Notes under the pieces: generated by a model
Told to the model about the DNA's origin: nothing
The model's database searches: none
The model's input: the letters and a program-made list of their open reading frames with translations, nothing else
Position numbers and translations under genes: made by a program
Shown here: positions 27,882 to 40,424 of the stretch, one piece after another
How the letters are laid out: each line of letters opens with the position of its first letter
How positions within the stretch are numbered: position 1 is the stretch's first letter
Virus record (IMG/VR): IMGVR_UViG_3300030202_003496
Span: 10,781-74,780 of that record
Length of the DNA: 64,000 nt
From: a virus
Reading direction: 5' to 3' (one strand)

Positions 27882-28326
27882 GGAAATATATAATTTCAAC
27901 TATGATATTGATGTTATACCTGAATATATGAACACACCAATACCTCCAGCACTTGAGGCAGATGAAACCGAAAGACAGGAGCTTATTGAAGGTATGGTTA
28001 AGCTGTGTGTTGAAAAAGGTATTGAATCTAGGCAATGTGTACTTCATAAAAAATACCAAAATGACGATACACTTGCAGCATGTCTTTCTACAATACAGGC
28101 AATATCTAGAAACAATAAAATAGATTTACATATATTTGTAAGAAGTCAAAATTTCGATAAGAATTTTTCTTATGACAATCAAACATATATGATGATTATG
28201 TGTGCATTACTAATGCAATTTCCTGAAAATGATTTTGGTAAAATATATGTTCATATCACATCACTACATAGATTTATGGAAAATGGCGAAAAACCTTTAA
28301 CATATCTTGTTAATAACTTTTGCTAA
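27820..28326 (+). CDS. Short thymidylate-synthase-fold protein, probably dCMP-modifying
   Basis: SRQ..., AC (catalytic Cys), VRSQN...YD, SLH motifs; Asp at the ThyA Asn177 position; start at 27811 or 27820. Confidence 0.65.
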   Translation: MKKIVKKITSLLEKQDSSTYREIYNFNYDIDVIPEYMNTPIPPALEADETERQELIEGMVKLCVEKGIESRQCVLHKKYQNDDTLAACLSTIQAISRNNKIDLHIFVRSQNFDKNFSYDNQTYMMIMCALLMQFPENDFGKIYVHITSLHRFMENGEKPLTYLVNNFC

Positions 28327-28337
28327 AAATCCTTTCA

Positions 28338-28361
28338 TATGTCGGAAAAATTGCCTATATT
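28338..28361 (+). promoter_or_regulatory. 24-bp promoter-like motif
   Basis: TATGTCGGAAAAATTGCCTATATT upstream of dnaE. Confidence 0.7.
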
Positions 28362-28387
28362 ATAGTATATAATAAAAAAGATAAAAT

Positions 28388-31300
28388 ATGTGTGTAAAGT
28401 GCGACTACAAATTAAAATACAAACAAGGTAAGAAATTCACCAGTTATATTCCACTGCATGGACATTCCACTTATTCTCAAGGGGATGGTGTTACGAAGAT
28501 AGAAGATATAATGACGCGTGCAAAAGAGGTTGGTGCTCCCGGTATATCATTAACCGAACATGGTAATATGTCGTCCTTCTATAAATTCTACAACCATGCA
28601 GTGGAGACTGGAATAAATCCTATTGTAGGTTGCGAATTATATACAAATGACCTGTACCATTCAGACAATGAAAAGTTCCTTGAATTAAAAAGAGGTACTG
28701 CAGATGTAATAGGTGATGCAGGTGAACATTTGGATAAAACAGATGCAGCAAATAATCACACACTAGTATATGCAAAAAATTATGAAGGTGTAAAAAATCT
28801 TCTTAATATATCTAATGAAGGTTTTGACAATTATTATAGAAAGCCTCTTTCAAGTATGGAAAGAGTATATAATGGACTTAATGAAAATAACATAATTACA
28901 ACAGGCTGTTTACAGTCAAAGTGGAATCAACTTGTTTTGGCAGGTAAAGAGGTCGAGGCGTTAGAGTTAATTAAAAAATATCGAGATAAGTTTGGTGATG
29001 ATTTTTATTTGGAGGTCCAGTTAAATAATTTAGACATTCAAATGACGTGTAATAATTTCTATAAAAAGGTTTATGAAAAAACAGGAATCAAACCTGTATT
29101 TGCACTTGACTATCACTATGCAAATAAAGATGATTGGTATATACAATATCTACTTTATGTAATACGTCAGCGTGAAACTGTTAAGTCATATACACCACAG
29201 GATTGGTTTTATACTGTACATTCATTATACATAAAACAAATAGATGAGATTTATGCAGAGGCAGAAAAATATGGTATGGATAAAAAATTCCTTGAACTAT
29301 CAATTGATTCTACTTTCGAAATAAATGACAAGGTAAAGATAGAAATGCCTAAATATCCAGATAATTTTCCAAAGTATCATGAGGATAAGTCATTAAGCGA
29401 ATCTGAATTCATGTCAAAGTTAAAAGTAAAATGGGTTGAAAAAATACAAAACGGTTTACTTCCTGACAACAACAAAGAATATACAGACAGACTTAAATAT
29501 GAATTGGATATTATTAAATCAAAAGGTTTTATAGACTATTTCTTAATTTTAGATGACTTACTTAATAACTTTGTATATAAGGTAGGCGGTGCAACTGGTG
29601 CAGGTCGTGGTTCTGCTGGTGGCTCTCTTGTATTATTTGTATTAGATATTACAAAAATTGACCCAATAAGACATAATCTAATTTTTGAAAGATTCTTAAA
29701 TCCTGCTCGTATCGACCCTGCCGACGTTGATTTAGATATAGATTCTGATACTCAAAAGAAATGTGAGGATTATCTAAAGGACAAGTTTGGTAAACAACGC
29801 GTCTGTCATATTGCAAACTTTGGTAAATTTGGTGCCAAAACTACAGTAAAGGATTTATGTAGAATACATGAACTAGACTTTGTATTATCAAATAAACTTA
29901 CAGGATATTTTAGCGATGACCCGAATTCACCTATAGATTTTGAAATGAAAAATGCATTTAATATTGCACAGAAAAAAGGCGAAAAGGATTTAATGCAGTT
30001 CATTAAGGACAACAAAGAATTATTCTTAAAAATTGCACCTAAAATGGTAGGTATGGTTAGGCAAACAGGTAGGCATGCATCAGGTATTTTGGTAAGCAAT
30101 AAAGACTTAAATTGTTCAGAAATACCTTTATTAAGACTTAAAGGTGAAACTGTTACAGGTGTACAAGAAGGTGGTGATGAACGTGAGGTTAGTGAACTTG
30201 GATATTGTAAGTTGGATATTCTTGGACTTAAGGCGGCGTCCGTTATTAACGATACTTTCAAACTCATTGAGAAAAAGCATGGTGAATCTGATTTAGAACA
30301 AAGAATTCTTAAATCTAATTTTGATGATAAAAAGGTATATGATGAATTTGAAACAGGTAACTGTAAGGATATCTTTCAATTCGGTTCGGACAATATGATA
30401 AATTTAATTAGAACAATTAAACCTAAAAGTATTGTTGACTTATCTTCTATCAACGCAATGTTTAGGCCTGCTATAATCCAGGCAGGAGGAATTGACGAAT
30501 ATATTAAAAACCGCGAAAATCCGGAAGAGGCAAAATTTTTGCTAGACCAAAAATCTCCAATGCTATGGGATATACTTGGTGAATCATTTGGCGTACCTAT
30601 ATTTCAAGAGCAGATTATGTTTATTCTACAAAAGATTGGCGGCTTTACACTTGCTGAAGCAGATGGTGGTAGGAAAATATTAAAGCTACTTCATAAAGGT
30701 AATCAAGACAAAAAGGATAATTTTTATGACATGCTTGATAGATTCAAAAAAGGTGCCAAAGCAAATGGTATGAAGGATAGAGATATAGATGAACTGCTTG
30801 ATGTACTAGGTAAATATTCAGAATATTCATTTAATAAATCTCACTCTTTGGCATATGCAATGAATGCTTATATATCAATGTGGCAAAAGGTACACTTTCC
30901 TTATGAATATTATACTGCTCTTCTTAACCACTCAACAAATGCAGAATTAAGCTGGTTTGTAAAACAAATTAAAAAGAAAGGTATAAAGTTTAATGAATTT
31001 GAAATAGGTCAGACTGGTAATAGTTTTGAAATAGATTATGACAATAAATCAATAAAATTTGGTCTTAATCTTGTAAAAGGTATACCAGATAAAGATGCTG
31101 CAATTATAAATTCTGTAAAACCTGGCGATGTAAATACATTAACAGAGCTTGTTGATTTTATTCTTGACAACAAAATTACAAAGCGTACATACGAACCTTT
31201 ATGTAGGTTAGGATATTTCAAAGGAATCATGAAAAATTCAAGAGTTCTTGAGGATATAGTAAATGCATGTAGAAACAAAAAGAAATCTCAGACAATTCAA

Positions 31301-31741
31301 GGTATTATTGACCAGATAATGGAAGATACTGTTGGTGAAAAGGATTGGGATAAGACACAGAAGTTTGAATGGGAAAAGAAATACTTTGACTTTTATTTTA
31401 ATGAACATCCTTTTGCAAAATATAAAGAGTTTTTCTATGACCACGCACCAGATATTATAGCACAATTGACAAGTCCTAAACAAATTCCAGACGAAACAGA
31501 AAAAGGACAATTTCAATTGTATGGAATTATTAACAAAATTATTATTAAAAAATCTAAGAAAACAGGTAGAGAATTCTATAAGATAGCTTTAGAAGACGAC
31601 CAAAAACAATTGTATATAACAATATTCAATACAAGGGATATTGCAGGTTTGTCTGAAGGTGAATTCGTATTGATACCTGCATCTAAAAACAAATTTGGTT
31701 TTACAAAAAGTAAAAACTCTTCGATAAAAAAGTTGATATAA
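28388..31741 (+). CDS. dnaE: DNA polymerase III alpha subunit (family C)
   Basis: PHP domain LHGHSTYS..DG, GRGSAGGS, FERFLNP.R, DVDLD, HASG, KLDILGL, YSFNKSH, C-terminal OB fold. Confidence 0.93.
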   Translation: MCVKCDYKLKYKQGKKFTSYIPLHGHSTYSQGDGVTKIEDIMTRAKEVGAPGISLTEHGNMSSFYKFYNHAVETGINPIVGCELYTNDLYHSDNEKFLELKRGTADVIGDAGEHLDKTDAANNHTLVYAKNYEGVKNLLNISNEGFDNYYRKPLSSMERVYNGLNENNIITTGCLQSKWNQLVLAGKEVEALELIKKYRDKFGDDFYLEVQLNNLDIQMTCNNFYKKVYEKTGIKPVFALDYHYANKDDWYIQYLLYVIRQRETVKSYTPQDWFYTVHSLYIKQIDEIYAEAEKYGMDKKFLELSIDSTFEINDKVKIEMPKYPDNFPKYHEDKSLSESEFMSKLKVKWVEKIQNGLLPDNNKEYTDRLKYELDIIKSKGFIDYFLILDDLLNNFVYKVGGATGAGRGSAGGSLVLFVLDITKIDPIRHNLIFERFLNPARIDPADVDLDIDSDTQKKCEDYLKDKFGKQRVCHIANFGKFGAKTTVKDLCRIHELDFVLSNKLTGYFSDDPNSPIDFEMKNAFNIAQKKGEKDLMQFIKDNKELFLKIAPKMVGMVRQTGRHASGILVSNKDLNCSEIPLLRLKGETVTGVQEGGDEREVSELGYCKLDILGLKAASVINDTFKLIEKKHGESDLEQRILKSNFDDKKVYDEFETGNCKDIFQFGSDNMINLIRTIKPKSIVDLSSINAMFRPAIIQAGGIDEYIKNRENPEEAKFLLDQKSPMLWDILGESFGVPIFQEQIMFILQKIGGFTLAEADGGRKILKLLHKGNQDKKDNFYDMLDRFKKGAKANGMKDRDIDELLDVLGKYSEYSFNKSHSLAYAMNAYISMWQKVHFPYEYYTALLNHSTNAELSWFVKQIKKKGIKFNEFEIGQTGNSFEIDYDNKSIKFGLNLVKGIPDKDAAIINSVKPGDVNTLTELVDFILDNKITKRTYEPLCRLGYFKGIMKNSRVLEDIVNACRNKKKSQTIQGIIDQIMEDTVGEKDWDKTQKFEWEKKYFDFYFNEHPFAKYKEFFYDHAPDIIAQLTSPKQIPDETEKGQFQLYGIINKIIIKKSKKTGREFYKIALEDDQKQLYITIFNTRDIAGLSEGEFVLIPASKNKFGFTKSKNSSIKKLI

Positions 31742-31747
31742 TTTCAC

Positions 31748-31771
31748 TATGTCGGAAAGTTTTGTTATATT
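31748..31771 (+). promoter_or_regulatory. 24-bp promoter-like motif
   Basis: TATGTCGGAAAGTTTTGTTATATT. Confidence 0.7.
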
Positions 31772-31798
31772 TATATTATATAAAAAAGGTTACGAAAT

Positions 31799-32611
31799 AT
31801 GGAAAAATTAAGTTATGACGTGGTTGAAAACCTGAGAATTGTAATGGGAACATTACCTGAGGAACAGCCATTATTAAAAACAGAATTCAAATTATTACAA
31901 GACGAGGTTGAGGTTACATTAGAAGACCACATGTCAAACCCTTATAAGTCTATGTTTGTGACTAGCACTTCTACTTGGGGTGATAATGAATTTAAGAGAA
32001 AATGGCCAATTACATCTCCTGAAGGAAAGCTTGAAGTTGTAAAGGCAGTACTAACTCACAATACTTTACCTCAGGCAAGAGAAATGGTACAGTTTATATT
32101 TAGAGTTAGAGGTGTACCAAGATGGTTATTTGACTATCATACACAAACACCGTTCACAAGCTTTATGAGTATAGGATGTCGAGATAATAATAAGTCAGAT
32201 GTTGATATTGTTACATTAGATGAGTTACCTGAAAAACATAAGAATGTAATGAAGCGACTTAAATCTCTTTATTCATCTGCTCTAAAAACAGACCAAGCAT
32301 CATGGCAATCAGCAAGGTCCTTTTTGCCTCAAAGCTATCAGCACTCATATCATTTTGGCCAGAATCTATTGTCACTTGTAAGCATGAGAGGTTTTAATGC
32401 GTCAGGAAAATTTGATAATGTTGATAATAAAGAATGGGCAATGAGTGAATTATATAAAAAAGTTGTTGAGGTCGTTGCTGAAAAATTTCCTTTAATAGGA
32501 GAATATCTTAATGTAATACATAATGATACAGAAGAAGTTTTAGAATATATTAAGAATATAAAATACGAAAATTTAAGTGAATCAGATAAAAAGTTGTTTA
32601 CAGATGAATAA
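31799..32611 (+). CDS. Divergent ThyX (flavin-dependent thymidylate synthase)-like protein 1
   Basis: E.VQFIFRVRGVPR, ARSFLPQS and N...L pattern; canonical RHRxxS motif degenerate. Confidence 0.55.
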   Translation: MEKLSYDVVENLRIVMGTLPEEQPLLKTEFKLLQDEVEVTLEDHMSNPYKSMFVTSTSTWGDNEFKRKWPITSPEGKLEVVKAVLTHNTLPQAREMVQFIFRVRGVPRWLFDYHTQTPFTSFMSIGCRDNNKSDVDIVTLDELPEKHKNVMKRLKSLYSSALKTDQASWQSARSFLPQSYQHSYHFGQNLLSLVSMRGFNASGKFDNVDNKEWAMSELYKKVVEVVAEKFPLIGEYLNVIHNDTEEVLEYIKNIKYENLSESDKKLFTDE

Positions 32612-33316
32612 AGTTAATATAAAAAAAGGTATAGAATGTTTGGATGTAGAAATACTTAGTTGGAATCCAGATTCTCAAATGATAACATATAAAATTACAG
32701 GAACACCTGTATGCCAATATGACCAGCATTCAAGAGCTAGAGTAGGTATAAAGTTTAAGGATTATAAAGTTAGTGAAAAACCTAACTACGTTGTATATAC
32801 ACAAGTTTGGGAAACAATGGAAAAAGACCCTTCATTTAAGAAAGAGGTTATTGATACATTACAAGAACTTGAAGATTTAAGAAACGAAAATGATGAGGTG
32901 TTTTCTCAAATAGAAATGTCATCACTTAACTTAATGTCAAGAGAATGTAGCTATGTTGTAGAACAAAATATAGGTTCATTACGAGGACAGATGGCAAGGC
33001 GACTGCAATTTTGTGAAGAGGAGTTTATTGTAGGTTTGCACTGGTTATTAAGACAGAAAATGATAGACGCAGGAATTGATTTGGCAAATGGATTCAAGCC
33101 TATGTGTGATGTAACAAAGAAATGTGAATATGCAAAAGCTGATTATCTATCAAATGCTTTTGGTTGTTTATTCGCAGGTTGCGGAAGATGGAAATCACAT
33201 ACAGAATTTGCTTCATTCAACCAGTCTTGCACTACACCAGAATTAGTAAAAGAACAAACAGGTGTCACCTGTACAAAATCAGAATACGAATTAGAATTAT
33301 TAAAAGAGGAAAAATA

Positions 33317-33317
<1 letters not shown>
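32604..33317 (+). CDS. Divergent ThyX-like protein 2 with a Cys-rich C-terminus
   Basis: YKITG.P...DQHSRAR.G, N...L....RRLQFCE, then CD...CEY...GC...GC...C; likely start 32604. Confidence 0.5.
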
Positions 33318-35229
<1,912 letters not shown>

Positions 35230-35230
35230 A

Positions 35231-35479
35231 ATGGGAAAAGAGATTAAGATGAATCAGAATAATATGAATCAACAACAGCAGATACAATTAAATCCAAATG
35301 ACTTGGAGGATGTTGTTTGTGAAAAATGTGGTTGCCAAACATTTCAATCTGTATTTTTATTTAAGAAATTATCAGCAGTGCTTGCTCCAACGGGAAGAGA
35401 TACATTGGTACCAATGCAGACATATAAATGTACTGATTGCGGACATATCAATCAAGAGTTTTTGCCTAAAGAACAATAA
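35231..35479 (+). CDS. Zinc-ribbon protein
   Basis: CEKCG...CTDCGH. Confidence 0.7.
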   Translation: MGKEIKMNQNNMNQQQQIQLNPNDLEDVVCEKCGCQTFQSVFLFKKLSAVLAPTGRDTLVPMQTYKCTDCGHINQEFLPKEQ

Positions 35480-35685
35480 TGTCAAAGGATAACGTAAAAC
35501 ATCCAGAGCACTATACTCAAGGAATTGAGATGTGGGAATATGCAAGCTCTCACAATCTCGATTTCTTTGAAGGTAATATAATAAAATATGTTACAAGATG
35601 GAAGCACAAAAATGGTATCGAAGACCTTCTTAAAGCAAAGCAATACCTTGATAAGTTAATTGAAAATAATAAAAAAAAGTCGTAA
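35479..35685 (+). CDS. DUF3310-like protein
   Basis: VKHPEHY, GNIIKYV.R...KNG.EDL.KA..YL. Confidence 0.85.
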   Translation: MSKDNVKHPEHYTQGIEMWEYASSHNLDFFEGNIIKYVTRWKHKNGIEDLLKAKQYLDKLIENNKKKS

Positions 35686-35696
35686 AATAATTTTTT

Positions 35697-35720
35697 TATC
35701 TCGGAAATTTTGCGTATATT
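35697..35720 (+). promoter_or_regulatory. 24-bp promoter-like motif
   Basis: TATCTCGGAAATTTTGCGTATATT. Confidence 0.7.
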
Positions 35721-35731
35721 AGTAGTATAAT

Positions 35732-36655
35732 ATGATTCTAAAAACACCTAAAGATTTAGCTATAAAGGCCCGCAAAATGGGCAAAAGGACAATATCTTAT
35801 AGTCAACTTAACATGTATAAGAACTGCCCTCTTCAATGGAAACTGTCTTATCTAGACGGAATCAAAGAATTCGAGCCCAATATGTTTTTGGTTTTCGGTA
35901 CTGCAATGCATGAGGTACTTCAGAAATATATACATACTATGTACAATGAATCAATAGTATCTGCAGACAAATTAGATTTACATAAAATGTTATCAGATAA
36001 TATGTCGTCAGAATATAAATTGCGAGTAGAAGAATATGAAGGCAAACACTTTAGTTGCAAGGAGGAGATGGAAGACTTTTATCATGACGGTGTTGCAATA
36101 ATAGATTATTTCAAGCGCAAGCGTGGTGCTTATTTTTCTAAAAAAAATACAGAATTGGTAGGTATAGAAATGCCAATTTTATATGATGTCGAAGGCAATG
36201 ATAAACTTATGGTTATGGGTTTTGCAGACCTTGTTATAAAGGAAGGTGAAAGGTTAAAAATTATAGATATTAAAACATCATATATGGGTTGGAAACCTAA
36301 GAAGAAAAAACAAGAAGGTGACCAGTTAAGGTTATATAAAAGATATTTTTCAAAACAATATGGTGTTGACGAAAGTCTAATCGATGTAGAATACTTTATT
36401 GTAAAACGTAAGTTATATGAAAACCTAGACTTCCCACAAAAAAGAATACAGCAATATAAGCCAGCTGCAGGAAAGCCATCTATGAATAAAACAACCAAGT
36501 TGTTAACAGAGTTTATATCTAATTCATTTACAGCTGATGGAAAGAAAAACAAAGAAGGTGATTATCCAGCATACAAAACAGGTTGTACATATTGTCCATT
36601 CAAAAAACGACACGACTTATGTCCACCAAAAAATAGAATGGCAGCTGCAGTATGA
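35732..36655 (+). CDS. PD-(D/E)xK exonuclease (Cas4/RecB-like, Fe-S Cys pattern)
   Basis: SYSQ...CP, FGTAMHE, GFADL, IIDIKT, QL.LY, CTYCPF....C. Confidence 0.85.
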   Translation: MILKTPKDLAIKARKMGKRTISYSQLNMYKNCPLQWKLSYLDGIKEFEPNMFLVFGTAMHEVLQKYIHTMYNESIVSADKLDLHKMLSDNMSSEYKLRVEEYEGKHFSCKEEMEDFYHDGVAIIDYFKRKRGAYFSKKNTELVGIEMPILYDVEGNDKLMVMGFADLVIKEGERLKIIDIKTSYMGWKPKKKKQEGDQLRLYKRYFSKQYGVDESLIDVEYFIVKRKLYENLDFPQKRIQQYKPAAGKPSMNKTTKLLTEFISNSFTADGKKNKEGDYPAYKTGCTYCPFKKRHDLCPPKNRMAAAV

Positions 36656-37053
36656 AAATAGGTATAATAGGAAGTAGAGATTATCAAAACTTTAGAAAAG
36701 TTAAAGATACTATTTTTGCATTAAAAAATAAATTCGAACCTGATTTAACAATAGTATCAGGAGGTTGTTTAGATGGAGCAGATAGATTTGCAAAGAAGTA
36801 TGCAATAGAATTAGAATGTAATTATATTGAATTTAATCCTGCGCATACACCTAAAAACCTATATTCTGCATTGCACGAAAACTACTATGGAAAAATTTAT
36901 CAGCCTAAGAACTTTTTTCATAGAAATAAAATGCTTGCTAATTATGTAGATTGTTTAATTGTGTTTATACCTGAAGGATATAAATCAGCTGGAAGTGAAC
37001 ACACAATAAAAGAGGCGAAAAAAATGAATAAAAAAGTCGTAATTATTTCATAA
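36652..37053 (+). CDS. SLOG-family (DprA/YspA-like) protein
   Basis: IGIIGSR, IVSGG..GAD, RN.....D.LI.F, GSEHTI. Confidence 0.8.
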   Translation: MKIGIIGSRDYQNFRKVKDTIFALKNKFEPDLTIVSGGCLDGADRFAKKYAIELECNYIEFNPAHTPKNLYSALHENYYGKIYQPKNFFHRNKMLANYVDCLIVFIPEGYKSAGSEHTIKEAKKMNKKVVIIS

Positions 37054-37099
37054 TAAAAATATATAAGTATATATTTATATATTGTATGGAGAATAAGTT

Positions 37100-37306
37100 A
37101 TGGCAAAACAAAAATTAACATCTGTAAAGGTTAACGAGGAGTCTTGGAATAATTTCAAGAAAATGTCGATAGATGAAAAAATTACATTTAGACAATTGGT
37201 TGATATATCAATTGAAGAGTTTATTAACAACAAGAGTTTTAGAAACACAATAAAAGAAAAGGTTATAGAAAATGGCAAAAAAGAAAATACTATTACTATC
37301 AGATGA
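37100..37306 (+). CDS. Small ribbon-helix-helix-like DNA-binding protein
   Basis: KLTSVKV....W..FK pattern; GGAG RBS; TATTTATA motif upstream. Confidence 0.55.
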   Translation: MAKQKLTSVKVNEESWNNFKKMSIDEKITFRQLVDISIEEFINNKSFRNTIKEKVIENGKKENTITIR

Positions 37307-38675
37307 TTTAAGAATTCATTCTGGTGTTGGAACAATGTCAAAATCTTTTGTATTAGGTACGGTTAAACAATTTGACTGGGTACAAATGGCAGGTGCAATT
37401 AAACATCCTGAAAAAGGTAAGATTGCAGATTTATCTGAAGATACAAATAAAATATTAGGAATTGATGATGCTTATATAAAGCTTTATCCTGTTGACGGAT
37501 ATGGAAATCAGGCTATATTAAGAGAAGTTATGGCAATAGAAAAGCCTGATGGCATTATGCACTTTACTGACCCAAGATTCTGGGATTGGTTATACGCAAT
37601 GGAGCATGAGATTAGAAAGAATATTCCTATTATGTATTATAATATATGGGATGACCTTCCTTTCCCACATTGGAATGAAAATGCTTATGAATCTTGCGAT
37701 GGTTTAATGGCTATTTCAAAACAAACATATAACATCAATAAACATGTTTGCCAAAGAAAACCTAGAGTAGAAGGAAAGGACTTGTTTTATGTACAACATG
37801 GTATAAACGAAAATGTATTTTTCCCTATATTAGGAGAAGATGCTGAATTTCAAAAGTTTAAGAATGAAGTATTACAAGGGAAAACTTACGACTTTGTAGC
37901 GTTTTTCAATAGTAGGAATATAAGACGTAAAGGTACCTCTGATTTGCTATCTGCGTTTGGAAAATTCAATAGAGAAATGACAGAAGAGCAGGCATCGAAA
38001 ACAGCAATCATATTACATACAGACCCAGTCGATACAAATGGTACTGATTTACCTGTATTGATAGAAAAGCTATACCCTAATATGAATGTTATATTTAGTA
38101 CGCAGAAATTGGCACCTGTACAAATGAATTGGCTGTATAATATTGCAGATGTAGTTTGTAACCCTTCTTCAGCTGAAGGTTTTGGATTGAGTCACATGGA
38201 AGCTATGATGGCTGCAAGACCTACAATTACAACTGTTGTTGGAGGTTTACAAGACCAATTAGGTTTTAAGGTTGATGGTGAAGAATTATCTGTCAAACAT
38301 TTTACAGCAGAAATTCCAAGTAATTCTACAGGAGAGATATCAAAAGAACATGGCGAATGGACATATCCATTGTGGCCAAATCAAAGTTTACAAGGCTCAC
38401 CTCCTACTCCATATATCTATGATTCTAGACCTGAAATAAATGATATTGCATCGGGATTAAAATATTGGTATGGACAATCTAAAATGGAGAGAACTAGAAA
38501 AGGAATCTTAGGAAGGAATTGGGCTATAGAAAATAAATTTACAGAAGATGGAATGAATGAGGCTATGCTCAATGCAATTCAAACTACGTTTGATAATTTC
38601 AAACCTAAAGCAAATTATGAACTTATAGATTTAGACGCAACAAATAAAGTCTATCCAACAGGAGTATTAAGATAA
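37272..38675 (+). CDS. Glycosyltransferase, GT-B fold (GT4-like)
   Basis: SGVG, RNIRRK, EGFGLSHMEAM, GGLQDQ. Confidence 0.85.
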   Translation: MAKKKILLLSDDLRIHSGVGTMSKSFVLGTVKQFDWVQMAGAIKHPEKGKIADLSEDTNKILGIDDAYIKLYPVDGYGNQAILREVMAIEKPDGIMHFTDPRFWDWLYAMEHEIRKNIPIMYYNIWDDLPFPHWNENAYESCDGLMAISKQTYNINKHVCQRKPRVEGKDLFYVQHGINENVFFPILGEDAEFQKFKNEVLQGKTYDFVAFFNSRNIRRKGTSDLLSAFGKFNREMTEEQASKTAIILHTDPVDTNGTDLPVLIEKLYPNMNVIFSTQKLAPVQMNWLYNIADVVCNPSSAEGFGLSHMEAMMAARPTITTVVGGLQDQLGFKVDGEELSVKHFTAEIPSNSTGEISKEHGEWTYPLWPNQSLQGSPPTPYIYDSRPEINDIASGLKYWYGQSKMERTRKGILGRNWAIENKFTEDGMNEAMLNAIQTTFDNFKPKANYELIDLDATNKVYPTGVLR

Positions 38676-39973
38676 TGAAACCAAGATTAGTTATAAGCTG
38701 CCCATCAACAAGCAGAAGTGGTTATGGAGACCATAGTAGAGATTTAATTAGAAGTTTAATTGATATGAATAAATTTGATATTCATGTTTTTGACCAAGTT
38801 TGGGGTACTTGTCCTAAAGACGCATTAGGTAAAGATGATAAAGATATAAGTTCTTTAATTATAAAAAATCCTCAGCAATTTATGTCTGAAAAGCAGCCAG
38901 ATATATGGATTCAGGTTACAGTACCAAATGAATTTCAACCTGTAGGTAAATATAATATAGGTATTACTGCAGGAATAGAAACAACTCTTTGCGATTCTAC
39001 GTGGATTCAAGGCTGTAATAGAATGGATAAAGTCATAGTACCTTCAGAGCATGCAAAATATGTATTTCAAACTGCAAATTATAAAGCAATCAATCCTCAA
39101 ACAGGACAGGAAGATACAAGCGCACCTGAATTAAAATTAGAGGTACCTGTTGAGGTTTTGTTTGAAGGTCTAGATATGGACTTTTTCAAAAAGACTAGTG
39201 AAATACCTGGTACAATAAAATCATCTTTAGATTCGATAAAAGAAGATTTTTGCTTTTTATTTTGTGGCCATTGGCTGCATGGTATTATGGGACAGGATAG
39301 AAAAGATGTAGGTATGACAATTAGAGTTTTCTTGGAAACGTTCAAAGGAAAGTCAAAAAGAAATATGCCAGCTTTAATACTTAAAACTTCTTCTGCAGGT
39401 TTTTCAATTGGAGAAAGAGAAGATATAATTAAGAAAATAAAACAAATAAGAAGTTACGTACAGCATCAAGGTGATTTACCTAGTATATATTTCTTGCATG
39501 GTGACTTAACAAAAGAAGAACTTAATGGATTATATAACCATCCTAAAGTAAAAGCTATGGTGTCGTTTACAAAAGGTGAAGGATTTGGTAGACCGTTGTT
39601 AGAATATAGCGTTACAGGTAAGCCTACAATAGCTTCAAATTGGTCTGGTCATATAGACTTTTTATCTGCTTATGGTGTAATGCTTCCAGGTAAATTAAAT
39701 AAGGTTCATGAATCAGTTGTTTGGGATAAAGTTATATTAAAAGATTCTGAGTGGTTTACTGTAGACTATGGATATGCATCTGGTATACTGAAAGATGTAC
39801 ATAAAAATTATAAAAAGTATCATGAAAAATCTAGAAAGCAAACACAATATGTAAAAGATAATTTTACTCTGAAAGAGATGACAAAAAAGTTTGAAGAAAT
39901 AATGGATAATTCTGTTCTACCTTCATTCGATGTTAAACTTCCAGCTATAGAGGAGATGCAAACTTATGAATAG
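38675..39973 (+). CDS. Glycosyltransferase, GT-B fold (GT4-like)
   Basis: SGYG, VPSEH, RKDV, GEGFGRPLLE, WSGH.DF. Confidence 0.85.
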   Translation: MKPRLVISCPSTSRSGYGDHSRDLIRSLIDMNKFDIHVFDQVWGTCPKDALGKDDKDISSLIIKNPQQFMSEKQPDIWIQVTVPNEFQPVGKYNIGITAGIETTLCDSTWIQGCNRMDKVIVPSEHAKYVFQTANYKAINPQTGQEDTSAPELKLEVPVEVLFEGLDMDFFKKTSEIPGTIKSSLDSIKEDFCFLFCGHWLHGIMGQDRKDVGMTIRVFLETFKGKSKRNMPALILKTSSAGFSIGEREDIIKKIKQIRSYVQHQGDLPSIYFLHGDLTKEELNGLYNHPKVKAMVSFTKGEGFGRPLLEYSVTGKPTIASNWSGHIDFLSAYGVMLPGKLNKVHESVVWDKVILKDSEWFTVDYGYASGILKDVHKNYKKYHEKSRKQTQYVKDNFTLKEMTKKFEEIMDNSVLPSFDVKLPAIEEMQTYE

Positions 39974-40424
39974 TGATATGAATTGGATTGAAAGTCCGCA
40001 GACAAAGAAATTGATGGTGATGCAGGAATTTGATAATAAGAATGGAGTATCAAAAATAGATTTAAGTACAGGGTATTATACTAATGAATATCCACTTAAT
40101 TATAAAAAGCATCCAAATTTTGATATAGAAAAATATGAAGAAGGAATGCCAGGTGTGGTAAAAGGTAATAGATATGATGATGGTGAATCTTATTGGTACC
40201 CTTCGACGATAAGAACTTCAAAAGAAATGGTGTTTCCTCACGGATTCGGTGAAGATATGATATGGTGCTATGCAAAAGTGAAACCTTTGACAGAAGAAGA
40301 AAAGAAAAAGTATTCTGCAGATGTAAACTTTGAATCATTTTTAGACATGGCAAATGCAGAAAATTTTGATAGCTATTTAGAAGCGGCAAAAAAATGTAAT
40401 GGGTTTAGTTTAGGCGATTTATAA
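39966..40424 (+). CDS. Hypothetical protein
   Basis: 152-aa ORF, coupled to neighbours. Confidence 0.65.
   Translation: MNSDMNWIESPQTKKLMVMQEFDNKNGVSKIDLSTGYYTNEYPLNYKKHPNFDIEKYEEGMPGVVKGNRYDDGESYWYPSTIRTSKEMVFPHGFGEDMIWCYAKVKPLTEEEKKKYSADVNFESFLDMANAENFDSYLEAAKKCNGFSLGDL

Noticed and set aside
21580-31741. Inteins or introns in nrdJ or dnaE
   Set aside because: Both ORFs are continuous and of normal length, with no intein or homing-endonuclease motifs seen.
33164-33316. N-terminal extensions given by the track for GroES (and similarly at 8693, 32577, 44520 and 55887)
   Set aside because: The extensions overlap upstream genes; downstream ATGs with coupling or an RBS match the family N-termini better.
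35732-36655. Cas4-like nuclease as evidence of a CRISPR system
   Set aside because: Stand-alone Cas4/RecB-like exonucleases are common in phages, and no array or other cas genes are seen.
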